From an uncultured bacterium (GTDB taxonomy: Bacteria > Cyanobacteriota > Vampirovibrionia > Gastranaerophilales > Gastranaerophilaceae): a DNA stretch of 61,597 nt. Below, piece after piece: positions 28,753 to 39,618 of this stretch; position 1 is the first letter of the stretch, and every line of letters begins with the position of its first letter. A program made the translations under genes and the position numbers. The notes beneath the pieces were generated by a model. That model was not told the DNA's origin. It ran no database searches and saw only the letters and a list, made by a program, of their open reading frames with translations. The stretch lies in NCBI GenBank assembly GCA_902767275.1, contig CACXGY010000006.1, positions 1 to 61,597 on the forward strand, in the 5' to 3' direction.

Positions 28753-28902
28753 ATGAAAACTGCGTCAAAAGTAAAGGAAATCAAGTCCGGCTTCAATGAT
28801 GAATTTGAAAACTATCTCAAAAAACAATGTATTAAAACAACATTCAATGGATCTGAACTTGAAACATTTTCATGGTACAAAAAAGTGCTTGGCTTAGTAT
28901 AA
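28753..28902 (+). CDS. candidate small protein, 49 aa (MKTASKVKEIKSGFNDEFENYLKKQCIKTTFNGSELETFSWYKKVLGLV)
   Basis: Below the ORF-track cutoff. AAAGGAGAAAA Shine-Dalgarno 6-7 nt before the ATG. Preceded by the consensus promoter. Confidence 0.5.
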   Translation: MKTASKVKEIKSGFNDEFENYLKKQCIKTTFNGSELETFSWYKKVLGLV

Positions 28903-28935
28903 AACATACCGAGTTAAGCATGGGTTTTTGTAAGA

Positions 28936-29586
28936 TTATTTCTTGAGAAATTCAAGAAGATTTACGGTTACTGTATGTGGGGATGAAGTATCAAGTATAG
29001 TATTGTCAACAGATAATTTTGATAAGTTTTTATCAATTAATTGTTGACAGAATGCTATATCAATACTTCCTTCTACAACAACCGGAAGAAAAGTATTCTC
29101 GCTAACCCATTTTGCATACTCTAATCCTGTTTCTATAACAGGCTCTGTTGGTGTTGAGGATATTCTCATACTGATATAATCAGCACCATCTTTTACTGAA
29201 TTAACGGCTTGTGCCTGTGTATATATAACAATACCAATAATGGAATTCTCTCCCAAAATCTCTCTTGCTAAACGGATATCAATATCTTCCTGTTCAAGAT
29301 TTACACCATCAGCCTCTGATAAATAAGCAATATCAACTCTGCTCTTTACGATGAATGTTGCCCCAAATTCTGCACAAAGTTGTTTGGTTTTGTTTGCCAA
29401 AGACAAGAAGTCTTTATCCGAAAGGTTATTCTTTTCTATTTGAATAACTTCTGCTCCTGCTGCCAAAATTTCTGCCAATTTATCCAAAAAGATTGATTCT
29501 TCGTTAATATTGGAACAACCAACCCTGACAAACAGATTTTTACTATCTATTTTTATATCTGTAATGCTTTTTCTTAATTTATTCAT
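28936..29586 (-). CDS. thiamine-phosphate synthase / TenI-family (TMP-TENI fold) protein, divergent
   Basis: AGAEVIQIE..FIVKSRVDIAYLSEADGVNLEQEDI..GADYISM follows the ThiE pattern. The usual GPIFPT and AIGGI blocks are altered. Confidence 0.65.
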   Translation of the reverse strand: MNKLRKSITDIKIDSKNLFVRVGCSNINEESIFLDKLAEILAAGAEVIQIEKNNLSDKDFLSLANKTKQLCAEFGATFIVKSRVDIAYLSEADGVNLEQEDIDIRLAREILGENSIIGIVIYTQAQAVNSVKDGADYISMRISSTPTEPVIETGLEYAKWVSENTFLPVVVEGSIDIAFCQQLIDKNLSKLSVDNTILDTSSPHTVTVNLLEFLKK

Positions 29587-29716
29587 TTTTTGTCCTCAAA
29601 TCATATTTTATATAAAAAATTTTAATTTACATAATACTAGATAGTCTATTTGTATATGTAAGAAAGAGCATATTAAAAAGCCGAAAAACTCTCTAAACTT
29701 TATTAGTGGAGTTATT

Positions 29717-30286
29717 ATGGTAAAAACAAATTACAAAAAAATACCTCAATATTTATTGATAGAAATGGCACAAAAGGATAACTATCAAGCATTAGAAGAA
29801 TTGATACGCCGAATACAAAAAGATATATTCGGCATGTACTCTCATATATGTAAAAAACGTGAAATTGTATCCGATTTAACACAAGAAGCATTAGTGAAAA
29901 TTGCAAAAAATCTGGAGCATTTGCACGATTCGAAATCATTTAAGACGTGGTCAAACAGGATTGCATTAAACATATTTTATGATTTTGTTCGTAAGGATAC
30001 AAGACAAAAACCACAAATCAGCATAGATGAAATGGAAAATATAGATGTTGAGGACAAGCATTGCGAACCGATGGAGAAATGTCTGGCTTCTGAATTGGGA
30101 TGTAAAATCAAAAATTGTATTTTGTCTTTACCGATTAATTCTCGAGTTGCAATTGTTCTTCGGGAGTTTGAAGGAATGAGTTATGACGATATTGCACATT
30201 TAACTCATACAACTATCGGCACAGTAAAATCAAGGATTTCACGGGCAAGAGTAAAACTTCAAGAGGAATTGGGAGAATATCTATAA
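29717..30286 (+). CDS. ECF-type RNA polymerase sigma factor
   Basis: Region 2 (DLTQEALVKIAKNL, FKTWSNRIALN) and region 4 (SYDDIAHLTHTTIGTVKSRISRARVKL). GGAG RBS. Confidence 0.88.
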   Translation: MVKTNYKKIPQYLLIEMAQKDNYQALEELIRRIQKDIFGMYSHICKKREIVSDLTQEALVKIAKNLEHLHDSKSFKTWSNRIALNIFYDFVRKDTRQKPQISIDEMENIDVEDKHCEPMEKCLASELGCKIKNCILSLPINSRVAIVLREFEGMSYDDIAHLTHTTIGTVKSRISRARVKLQEELGEYL

Positions 30287-30297
30287 GGATTAATATT

Positions 30298-30861
30298 ATG
30301 AAAATATCTTGTAATCAGTTTGAAGGTTTAATTTCATTTTATCTGAATAATGATTTAAGTAAAAGTTTAAAAGACTCTTTTGAAGAACACTTAAAAGAGT
30401 GTTCCTCGTGCAGATTAAAACTCAAAGTTTTAAATTCAATAGTAGATGAAATAAAAGAAGCATACGACAAATTTATCAATCGGGATAATTATACACCTGA
30501 GGATATTATTGACTGTCAGGACAGTGATAATATAGACGAAGATAATTTACCTGATACAGAATTGTCTGCATACATTGATAACGAGTTAAATGATGAAAGC
30601 AGTATTCAAGTAAGAAAAGATATATTGACGAAACCTAAAATCAGAAGAAAACTTGAAAAATTATATGACTTAAGGAGATTAATAGTGAATTCATTTATTG
30701 AGCAAAAAAACAGTTTAAAAACAGATTATTCAAAGATAATCGCAAAAAGTGTTAATACAGGTTTATCGGATAAAGAAATTTATTTACATTGTGCATTATT
30801 TTTTATAACAATTGTAGCGGCAATAGTTATATCAGTTTGGGCGATTTTAAATATAATATAA
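30298..30861 (+). CDS. anti-sigma factor (zf-HC2) with C-terminal TM anchor
   Basis: HLKECSSCRLKL is an H-x3-C-x2-C motif. C-terminal TM helix LHCALFFITIVAAIVISVWAIL. Starts 11 nt after the sigma gene. Confidence 0.75.
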   Translation: MKISCNQFEGLISFYLNNDLSKSLKDSFEEHLKECSSCRLKLKVLNSIVDEIKEAYDKFINRDNYTPEDIIDCQDSDNIDEDNLPDTELSAYIDNELNDESSIQVRKDILTKPKIRRKLEKLYDLRRLIVNSFIEQKNSLKTDYSKIIAKSVNTGLSDKEIYLHCALFFITIVAAIVISVWAILNII

Positions 30862-30880
30862 ATTAATTTATTTAAACCAA

Positions 30881-30910
30881 ATCTTAATTTTTCATTAAGA
30901 TAATTAAGAT
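30881..30910. promoter_or_regulatory. inverted plus direct repeat of ATTAAGAT half-sites upstream of groES
   Basis: ATCTTAAT (30881-30888), 5-nt spacer, ATTAAGAT (30894-30901), then a third copy ATTAAGAT (30903-30910). No CIRCE element seen. Confidence 0.35.
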
Positions 30911-30971
30911 TTTAAACATTTTGTTATACATTATATTGTGTCAAGGTAACAAAAATAGGAGGATTATAGAT

Positions 30972-31259
30972 ATGAATATTAAACCTTTAGCAGACAGAAT
31001 AGTAATTAAATTGATAGAAGATACAGAGCAAACATCAGGCGGTATATTTATTCCTGACAGTGCAAAAGAAAAGCCTCAAAAAGGTGAAGTAGTTGCAGTA
31101 GGCGAAGGTAAAGTCAACGACAATGGCGAAAGAGAACCAATGGATGTTAAAGTTGGTGACATTATCCTTTACGCTAAATATGCAGGAACAGATATTAAAA
31201 TGGATGGTGTTGAATACAAAATCTTGTCAATAAAAGACGCTTTGGCAGTGTTATCATAA
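30972..31259 (+). CDS. groES: co-chaperonin GroES
   Basis: [53 protein letters not shown] before ATG 30972; the ORF track starts at TTG 30921. Confidence 0.95.
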   Translation: MNIKPLADRIVIKLIEDTEQTSGGIFIPDSAKEKPQKGEVVAVGEGKVNDNGEREPMDVKVGDIILYAKYAGTDIKMDGVEYKILSIKDALAVLS

Positions 31260-31342
31260 GGCACTAAGGAATTAAGGCACTAAGGCATTAAGAATATTTC
31301 GGTTATTATCTTATTATCTTATTCCCTTATAGCCTTTTATAA
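31257..31342. repeat. 8-bp phased repeat blocks in the groES-groEL spacer
   Basis: TAAGGCAC TAAGGAAT TAAGGCAC TAAGGCAT TAAGAATA (31257-31296), then TTATTATC TTATTATC TTATTCCC TTATAGCC TTTTATAA (31303-31342). The second block is a degenerate inverted copy of the first. Confidence 0.7.
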
Positions 31343-31353
31343 AAATGTACTAG

Positions 31354-33027
<1,674 letters not shown>

Positions 33028-33078
33028 AAACATTTCGTTATGTATAAAATTAAATAAAAACTGTTTTTAGTTTAAACT

Positions 33079-33112
33079 ACGAAGTATACTTTTAAAAAGT
33101 ATACTTCGTTTA
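33079..33112 (+). terminator. intrinsic terminator after groEL
   Basis: Perfect 14-bp stem ACGAAGTATACTTT(33079-33092)/AAAGTATACTTCGT(33096-33109), followed by TTT. Confidence 0.8.
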
Positions 33113-33154
33113 ATTCTGAGTTTTCTACATCATATATATGAATTTTTATTTTAC

Positions 33155-33172
33155 CCCGTTGAACCCGTTGAA
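33155..33172. repeat. perfect 9-bp tandem duplication CCCGTTGAA x2 upstream of the 538-aa gene
   Basis: CCCGTTGAA at 33155-33163 and 33164-33172. A GC-rich island in an AT-rich spacer, about 100 nt before ATG 33274. Confidence 0.6.
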
Positions 33173-33273
33173 ATATACATGTAACATGTATTATGGAGTC
33201 ATAGAACAAATTGACTTCTGATAAAAAATTATTATAAAAACATGTAAAACTATAAACTTGAAAGGAACAGACA

Positions 33274-34890
33274 ATGGGTTTAGCGGCATCACAGGCCAGA
33301 TATTTGTCACTTTCGGCTCGAAAAAGTAATGTAGAGTACGAAGGACAACAGATTAACCAACAACGGTTAAACCTGTCTAATCAAAGTGCCGATTTATTCA
33401 ATCAAATGTTAACAATGGCTGTTCCTATGCCGCCAAGTTCTACTGATTTTACTAAACTTCAATATTCTTGGACAGACGGAGATGTCGCATCTGTTATCGA
33501 AAACTATTATCAAATCGGAACAATTGACGACGAATTTAATTATGTTGTAACAAGTTATCACTACGAAAATGTATATACAGGACAAAGAAAGTTCTTACCT
33601 GATCCGCAAGTTCAGGCAACAAAGACAAACCATTTTAGCGACTTGAAGGCACGTAACTTTGTTTTGCAAGAAATGTCTTATAACCCTGAAAAGGATACTT
33701 ATTCGCTTCAATTGATTAATGGATTTGATCAATTAATCCATGCGACATACAAATTATGTGATGCTGTTGAAAACAGAGATACTGTCGAACAATTAGATTA
33801 TATGTTCAACAGAACAACAAAAGTCGGATATAGTTCTTCAATGGAAACCGATTTCGTATATGATGATGCAGCAGATACAATTACTTATAACGGTTCGACA
33901 TATAGTTATGTCGACACCGAAAATGATGCAGCAAAATTAAGAGAATTATGTCAATCATACGGTGCTTTTTATAATTCAGCAAAAAGATATTATTCAAACG
34001 GAACAAACTATATATGCAAGGACGATTTAGATACGGTTATCACGAATAAAAACGGGGATGTAGATATCCGTAAAAAAGATACAAAAAAATATTATACTGA
34101 CGGAACAAGATATATCGCAGAGGATAGTCTTAGAAATTTATCCGTCGGTGATACAATGACTACATATCAGGCTGAAAACAATCCAACATTTAGTGACTAT
34201 AAATCAATTGGAAACTGTGAGATTAAACAGTTGACTGAAGATGATTATAAAGGTGATGTTACAATAGATATTGCCATTCAACAAATTATTAAAGATATGA
34301 AAGCAAATGACGGAGATGCCATTGCTTATGAAAGATTAAAAAATTGTTTTGATGAAAACGGTAAATATATAAGCGGCACGCTGTATCAATTTACTATGGC
34401 AGGCAAAATGTATTATACAACCGCAGCAGATATGGATGCCAGCCTTTTAAGTGCATATAGCGAACAATCTGTCGCAAATAACAGTATTGACAGTCAACAA
34501 TCAAAATTATCATATTATAATGCGGTTTATATCAATACAAAAGTTTCCGAAATAAAAAAAGCAATGATGGAAACAGACGGAGCAGGAAGATTTTCAACTG
34601 TCAAATTTGAAGATGATTCAGTTGTGTATACATTAAATGTAGAAACAATCAAAGATGATGATGCATATAATGATGCGATGAATAAGTATTATTATGAAAA
34701 AGAACAATACGATAAACAAATCGCAGATATAAACACAAAAACCGAAATTATACAGGCACAAGACAGACAACTCCAATTAAAACTCGAACAATTGGGAACA
34801 GAACAATCTGCACTACAAACAGAGATGGAAGCCTGTCAAAAAGTTGTGAGCAAGAATATAGATAACAGTTTCAAAACATTCGGTAACTAA
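33274..34890 (+). CDS. hypothetical protein with helical/coiled-coil N- and C-termini and a variable central domain
   Basis: AAAGGAA RBS. N-terminus MGLAASQARYLSLSARKSNVEYEGQQINQQRLNLSNQ. C-terminus DRQLQLKLEQLGTEQSALQTEMEACQK. No signal peptide. Confidence 0.7.
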   Translation: MGLAASQARYLSLSARKSNVEYEGQQINQQRLNLSNQSADLFNQMLTMAVPMPPSSTDFTKLQYSWTDGDVASVIENYYQIGTIDDEFNYVVTSYHYENVYTGQRKFLPDPQVQATKTNHFSDLKARNFVLQEMSYNPEKDTYSLQLINGFDQLIHATYKLCDAVENRDTVEQLDYMFNRTTKVGYSSSMETDFVYDDAADTITYNGSTYSYVDTENDAAKLRELCQSYGAFYNSAKRYYSNGTNYICKDDLDTVITNKNGDVDIRKKDTKKYYTDGTRYIAEDSLRNLSVGDTMTTYQAENNPTFSDYKSIGNCEIKQLTEDDYKGDVTIDIAIQQIIKDMKANDGDAIAYERLKNCFDENGKYISGTLYQFTMAGKMYYTTAADMDASLLSAYSEQSVANNSIDSQQSKLSYYNAVYINTKVSEIKKAMMETDGAGRFSTVKFEDDSVVYTLNVETIKDDDAYNDAMNKYYYEKEQYDKQIADINTKTEIIQAQDRQLQLKLEQLGTEQSALQTEMEACQKVVSKNIDNSFKTFGN

Positions 34891-35186
34891 ACTATAAATA
34901 AAGAAATATTGTTACACCTTTATTTGATTAATTTATCGATAATGATATTTAGTTTTAAAAATCATATATTAAAGGTTAAATACCGAACAATTCATCGGTT
35001 AAAGTCTTATCTGATTTTTATTTTTAATTGACCGTATATGTATATTAAATAGATATTTTGATTTTATTTATTCCGTTCAATAATAGCATTGTTTTTTAAT
35101 AGTTTAACTTTACATTATAACTTCACAAATTATCATGTTTTTGTTATTATTTATAAGCATAAAGACATAAATAAGGGAGAAAAAAA

Positions 35187-36965
35187 TTGAAAACAGCATT
35201 AAAATCACATAATTGCGGAGAAATTACCGCTAAAAATATCGGAGAAGAAGTAACACTCTCCGGCTGGGTTGCATGTGTAAGAGATTTAGGCGGAATTATT
35301 TTCATTGAATTAAGAGATAGAACAGGATTTTTCCAATTGGTTGCCGACCCTCAAGTTAATCCTGAAATACACGAAGTATTCTCTAAATTAAAAACAGAAT
35401 CAGTTATCAATATAAAAGGAAAAGTAACAAAAAGACCTGAAGAAACATATAACGAGAAATTACCGACAGGCGAAGTCGAAACATATCCTACGTTTGCACA
35501 GATATTATCAGAAGCAAAAACATTACCATTCGTTCTTGATGACGAAAATGTTTCGGAAGATGTCAGATTAAAATATCGTTATTTAGACCTTAGAAGGGAA
35601 AATATGCTGCATAATCTGACATTACGTCATAAAATTGTGACAGCGGTTAGAAACTATTTGAACGGAGAAGATTTCTTAGAAGTTGAAACACCAATTCTAA
35701 TAAAAACTACTCCGGAAGGGGCAAGAGATTATTTAGTACCTTCAAGAGTTCAGGAAGGGAAATTTTATGCACTTCCACAATCTCCGCAAATTTTTAAACA
35801 ACTTTTAATGGTTGGCGGATTTGAAAGATACTATCAAATCGCAAAATGTTTCCGTGATGAAGACTTAAGAGCAGACAGACAACCTGAATTTACTCAAATT
35901 GATATGGAAATGTCATTTGTTGATCAGGATAATGTTATTGAAGTAACAGAAGGTGTAGTTCAAGCAGCATTCAAAGAAGCAGGTATTGAGGTTAAACCTC
36001 CATTCAAAAGAATAACTTGGCAAGAAGCGATGGATAAATACGGTTCCGATAAACCTGATACAAGATTTGGACTTGAACTGTTTGATATCGGCGATATTAT
36101 TCTTGAATCTAATTTTGATATAGTTAAAAACACACTACTTAACGGTGGTATCGTACGAGGTATAAAAATCGAAGGCGGTGCTAAGTATTCCAGAAAAGAT
36201 ATTGATGATATTACAAAACTGGCAGTATCTTATGGTGCAAAAGCACTGGCAAATATAATTTATCAAGAAGACGGAACCGCAAAATCTCCTGTTCTAAAAT
36301 TTGTTACAGAAGAACAAGCAAAAGCAATCCAAGACAGAGCAGGTGCAAAAGCAGGTGATATTATATTCTTTGTTGCTGATAAGCCAAAACTTGTTTATGA
36401 TGTAATGGGCAGACTCAGATTATACTTCGGTAAAAAATTAAATCTTATAAATGAATCGGATAACGCATTGTTATGGGTAGTTGACTTCCCAATGTTTGAA
36501 TGGTCAGATGAAGAAAACAGATTTATGGCAATGCACCACCCATTCACTTCTCCTAATTTGGAAGATTTGGATAAATTAGACAGCGGAGATTTAGGTAATG
36601 TTAAATCAATCGCTTATGATATTGTATATAACGGAACAGAATTAGGCGGTGGTTCAGTCAGAATCCACTCACCTGAAGTACAAAAGAAAATCTTTAAAGC
36701 ATTAGGATTAACCGAAGAAGAAGCAACTGAAAAATTCGGATTTATGGTAAATGCACTACAATACGGTACACCACCACATGCCGGTCTGGCAATCGGTTTG
36801 GACAGACTTGTTGCATTGTTATGCAGAACAGAATCTATCCGTGACGTTATTGCATTCCCTAAAAATTCAGGGGCTAAATGTTTAATGTCTGATGCTCCGG
36901 GCGAAGCATCACTTCAACAAATGAGAGAACTTCACTTGAAGTCAACGGTTAAACCGCAAAAATAA
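35187..36965 (+). CDS. aspS: aspartate--tRNA ligase
   Basis: Class IIb motifs (FRDEDLRADRQPEFTQID, GGGSVRIH, GLAIGLDR). TTG start after AAGGGAG. Confidence 0.95.
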   Translation: MKTALKSHNCGEITAKNIGEEVTLSGWVACVRDLGGIIFIELRDRTGFFQLVADPQVNPEIHEVFSKLKTESVINIKGKVTKRPEETYNEKLPTGEVETYPTFAQILSEAKTLPFVLDDENVSEDVRLKYRYLDLRRENMLHNLTLRHKIVTAVRNYLNGEDFLEVETPILIKTTPEGARDYLVPSRVQEGKFYALPQSPQIFKQLLMVGGFERYYQIAKCFRDEDLRADRQPEFTQIDMEMSFVDQDNVIEVTEGVVQAAFKEAGIEVKPPFKRITWQEAMDKYGSDKPDTRFGLELFDIGDIILESNFDIVKNTLLNGGIVRGIKIEGGAKYSRKDIDDITKLAVSYGAKALANIIYQEDGTAKSPVLKFVTEEQAKAIQDRAGAKAGDIIFFVADKPKLVYDVMGRLRLYFGKKLNLINESDNALLWVVDFPMFEWSDEENRFMAMHHPFTSPNLEDLDKLDSGDLGNVKSIAYDIVYNGTELGGGSVRIHSPEVQKKIFKALGLTEEEATEKFGFMVNALQYGTPPHAGLAIGLDRLVALLCRTESIRDVIAFPKNSGAKCLMSDAPGEASLQQMRELHLKSTVKPQK

Positions 36966-36978
36966 TTATTATGTAAAA

Positions 36979-37009
36979 AGGATTGGAAGCATAACCAATC
37001 CTTTTTTTT
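36979..37009 (+). terminator. intrinsic terminator after aspS
   Basis: AGGATTGG(36979-36986)/CCAATCCT(36995-37002) stem followed by a T-run. Confidence 0.8.
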
Positions 37010-37080
37010 AAATTTGATAAATGCAGCATAATCAGGTTATGATTTAATCATAAAGGATTACAATAATAGGAGAATAATAT

Positions 37081-38850
37081 ATGGTTTTAGAAAAAATTAA
37101 CTCCCCGGAAGATGTAAAAAAGTTAAATATATCAGAAATGAACGTATTAGCAGGAGAAATCAGACAGGGAGTTTTAGACAAAGTTAACACAATCGGCGGT
37201 CACATGGGACCAAATCTCGGAATTGTAGAAACTACTATTGCAATGCATTATGTATTCAATTCTCCTGTTGATAAATTTGTTTTTGATGTATCACATCAAT
37301 GCTATCCCCATAAAATGTTAACCGGAAGAAAAGAAGGATTTACAAATCCTGACAAGTATTTAACATATACCGGATATACTGCTCCGGAAGAAAGTGCACA
37401 TGATTTATTCAAAGTCGGACATACATCTACTTCAGTGTCACTTGCTACAGGGGTTGCTAAGGCAAGGGATTTGAAAGAAGAAAAATACAATGTTGTTGCA
37501 TTAATAGGCGATGGTTCACTTTCAGGCGGAGAAGCCTATGAAGGGTTAAATAATGCTTCAACACTTAACTCAAATATTATTATAATCGTAAATGATAATG
37601 ATATTTCTATTGCTGAAAACCATGGCGGTTTATATAAAAATCTCAAAGAATTAAGAGAAACAGAAGGAATGGCGGAAAATAATTTCTTTAAATCACTGGG
37701 ATTTGATTACTATTTTGTAAAAGACGGTAATAATATTGAATCTTTGATAGAAACATTTAATAAGGTAAAAGATATTGACCATCCGGTAGTTGTGCATATA
37801 TACACATTGAAAGGTAAAGGTCTTGCACCTGCGGAAACAAATAAAGAAGCGTACCACTGGTCATTACCGGGAGTATTAAATCAAAATAATTCAGCATCAT
37901 CAACTTTTGAAGAAAGTTACACCTCTGTTACGCTTGATTACATTTCAAGAAAGACAAAAGAAGATAAAAGGGTCATTGCTATAAATGCCGGAACACCGGG
38001 AGTGTTTGGATATACACCTGAATACAGACACGAATTAGGGAAACAATACACAGATGTAGGTATTGCAGAAGAACATGCAGTTGCTTATTCGTCTGCACTT
38101 GCAAATCAAGGTGCAAAACCTATTTTAAGTTTTATGAGTTCATTTGTCCAAAGAACCTATGATCAACTATCGCAGGACTTGGCTCTTAATAATTCTCCGA
38201 TAACAATGTTAATATATTGGGGAGGAATATCCGGTGCTGATGCCACACACTTGTGTACATTTGATGTACCGTTGATTTCAAATATTCCTAACATTGTATA
38301 TCTTGCACCTACTAATAAAGAAGAATACTTAAAAATGTTAGATTGGTCTGTTGAACAAGATAAATATCCGGTTGCAATTAGAGTTCCTATGACCGAACTT
38401 GTTTCAACAGGAGTTGAGGATAGAACGGATTATTCTGTTTTGAACAAATTTAAGATTGTTGAAGAAGGCTCAAAAGTTGCAATACTTGGAGTAGGTAATT
38501 TCTTCTCTCTCGGAGAAAAAGTTAAAGATATACTAAAAGAAAAACTTGATATTAATGCAACTCTAATTAATCCTGTTTATATGACAGGTTTAGATGAAGA
38601 AATGCTTGAGGCTTTGAAATCCAATCATGATATCGTAATTACACTTGAAGATAATGTATTAGACGGCGGATTTGGAGAAAAAATATCAAGATATTACGGA
38701 AATTCTGAAATGAAAGTACTTAACTTTGGAGCAAAAAAAGAGTTTCCGGATAGAGTTTCTGTTGAAGCACTTTATAATCGTTATCATTTAACACCTGAAT
38801 TGATTACAAAAGATGTTGAAAAACTTTTAAAAACCTTGAGCAGAATATAG
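37081..38850 (+). CDS. dxs: 1-deoxy-D-xylulose-5-phosphate synthase
   Basis: GGHMGPNLGIVETTIAMHYVF, DVSHQCYPHKMLTGR, GDGSLSGGEAYEGLNN, IAEEHAV. Somewhat shorter (589 aa) than typical DXS. Confidence 0.8.
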   Translation: MVLEKINSPEDVKKLNISEMNVLAGEIRQGVLDKVNTIGGHMGPNLGIVETTIAMHYVFNSPVDKFVFDVSHQCYPHKMLTGRKEGFTNPDKYLTYTGYTAPEESAHDLFKVGHTSTSVSLATGVAKARDLKEEKYNVVALIGDGSLSGGEAYEGLNNASTLNSNIIIIVNDNDISIAENHGGLYKNLKELRETEGMAENNFFKSLGFDYYFVKDGNNIESLIETFNKVKDIDHPVVVHIYTLKGKGLAPAETNKEAYHWSLPGVLNQNNSASSTFEESYTSVTLDYISRKTKEDKRVIAINAGTPGVFGYTPEYRHELGKQYTDVGIAEEHAVAYSSALANQGAKPILSFMSSFVQRTYDQLSQDLALNNSPITMLIYWGGISGADATHLCTFDVPLISNIPNIVYLAPTNKEEYLKMLDWSVEQDKYPVAIRVPMTELVSTGVEDRTDYSVLNKFKIVEEGSKVAILGVGNFFSLGEKVKDILKEKLDINATLINPVYMTGLDEEMLEALKSNHDIVITLEDNVLDGGFGEKISRYYGNSEMKVLNFGAKKEFPDRVSVEALYNRYHLTPELITKDVEKLLKTLSRI

Positions 38851-38855
38851 TTCTA

Positions 38856-39461
38856 ATGATTACAGTAGAAGATATACAAAAATATCGGGCATATCTTGGT
38901 TATTTAAACAAGAAACTCGGCGAAATCTTTGAAGAACAATCCCCTTATATATTTTGTAAGGCAGGATGTTCTTCTTGCTGTGAAAAAGGAGAATTTCCAT
39001 TTACAGAAATTGAATTTGCTTATTTAATGCTCGGGGTACAATCTCTTGATAAGAAAACTTTATCAAAAATAGAAGAAAACATGCAGAAGATAAAAACGGA
39101 TAAAAAACAATGTACAGATAAAAAATTTTTGCATGCCTGTCCGTTTTTGATAAATAAAAAATGTTCTTTATACGACTACAGAGGAATAATATGCAGAAGT
39201 CATGGTGTTGCATTTTTCAGTAAAGATAAAAAGTTGTTGGTGCCGGCATGTGTGGATGAAGGATTAAATTATTCAAATGTATATGACTTTGAAAAGCAAA
39301 TAATATCTGATGAAAAATATCGATTGTCAGGCATTAAACAAGAACCGCTTGCCCACAATGTCGGAGTTCATTATCTTACAAAGAATGAAATGACAGAGGC
39401 AATAGGTTTAGATTTCGGAGAAATAAAACCTATGTGCGAGTGGTTTATCACTGAAATTTAA
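38856..39461 (+). CDS. YkgJ-family cysteine-cluster protein (CxxCxxCC / UPF0153)
   Basis: CKAGCSSCCEKG plus CPFLINKKCSLYDYRGIICRSHG. Starts 5 nt after the dxs stop. Confidence 0.8.
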   Translation: MITVEDIQKYRAYLGYLNKKLGEIFEEQSPYIFCKAGCSSCCEKGEFPFTEIEFAYLMLGVQSLDKKTLSKIEENMQKIKTDKKQCTDKKFLHACPFLINKKCSLYDYRGIICRSHGVAFFSKDKKLLVPACVDEGLNYSNVYDFEKQIISDEKYRLSGIKQEPLAHNVGVHYLTKNEMTEAIGLDFGEIKPMCEWFITEI

Positions 39462-39466
39462 CAAAA

Positions 39467-39508
39467 TTGACAATATAACCATGACGATTTACAATTAATA
39501 ATTGTAAA
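39467..39508 (+). promoter_or_regulatory. near-consensus promoter overlapped by a 21-bp perfect palindrome
   Basis: TTGACA (39467-39472), 17 nt, TACAAT (39490-39495). TTTACAATT (39488-39496) and AATTGTAAA (39500-39508) are exact reverse complements covering the -10. Confidence 0.5.
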
Positions 39509-39618
39509 GTTTTTTTACACAAGTAGCAAAAAATTTTTTTTTAATACGTTATATAAAAGGATTTCAAAAAAAGATAACGTAAATATAAATAGAAAGAGAA
39601 CCAGAAAGACAGGTTATT

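Noticed and set aside
34891-35186. T-box leader upstream of aspS
   Set aside because: No AGAGA/GNUGGUA-type T-box sequence or specifier/antiterminator architecture is visible. The only structure is a weak ACCGA/TCGGT hairpin, probably terminating the upstream gene.
36966-37080. TPP riboswitch upstream of dxs (and upstream of the thiE-like gene, 29587-29716)
   Set aside because: No CUGAGA / ACCUGAUCUGGAUAAUGCCAGCG-like elements. The dxs spacer is mostly occupied by the aspS terminator.
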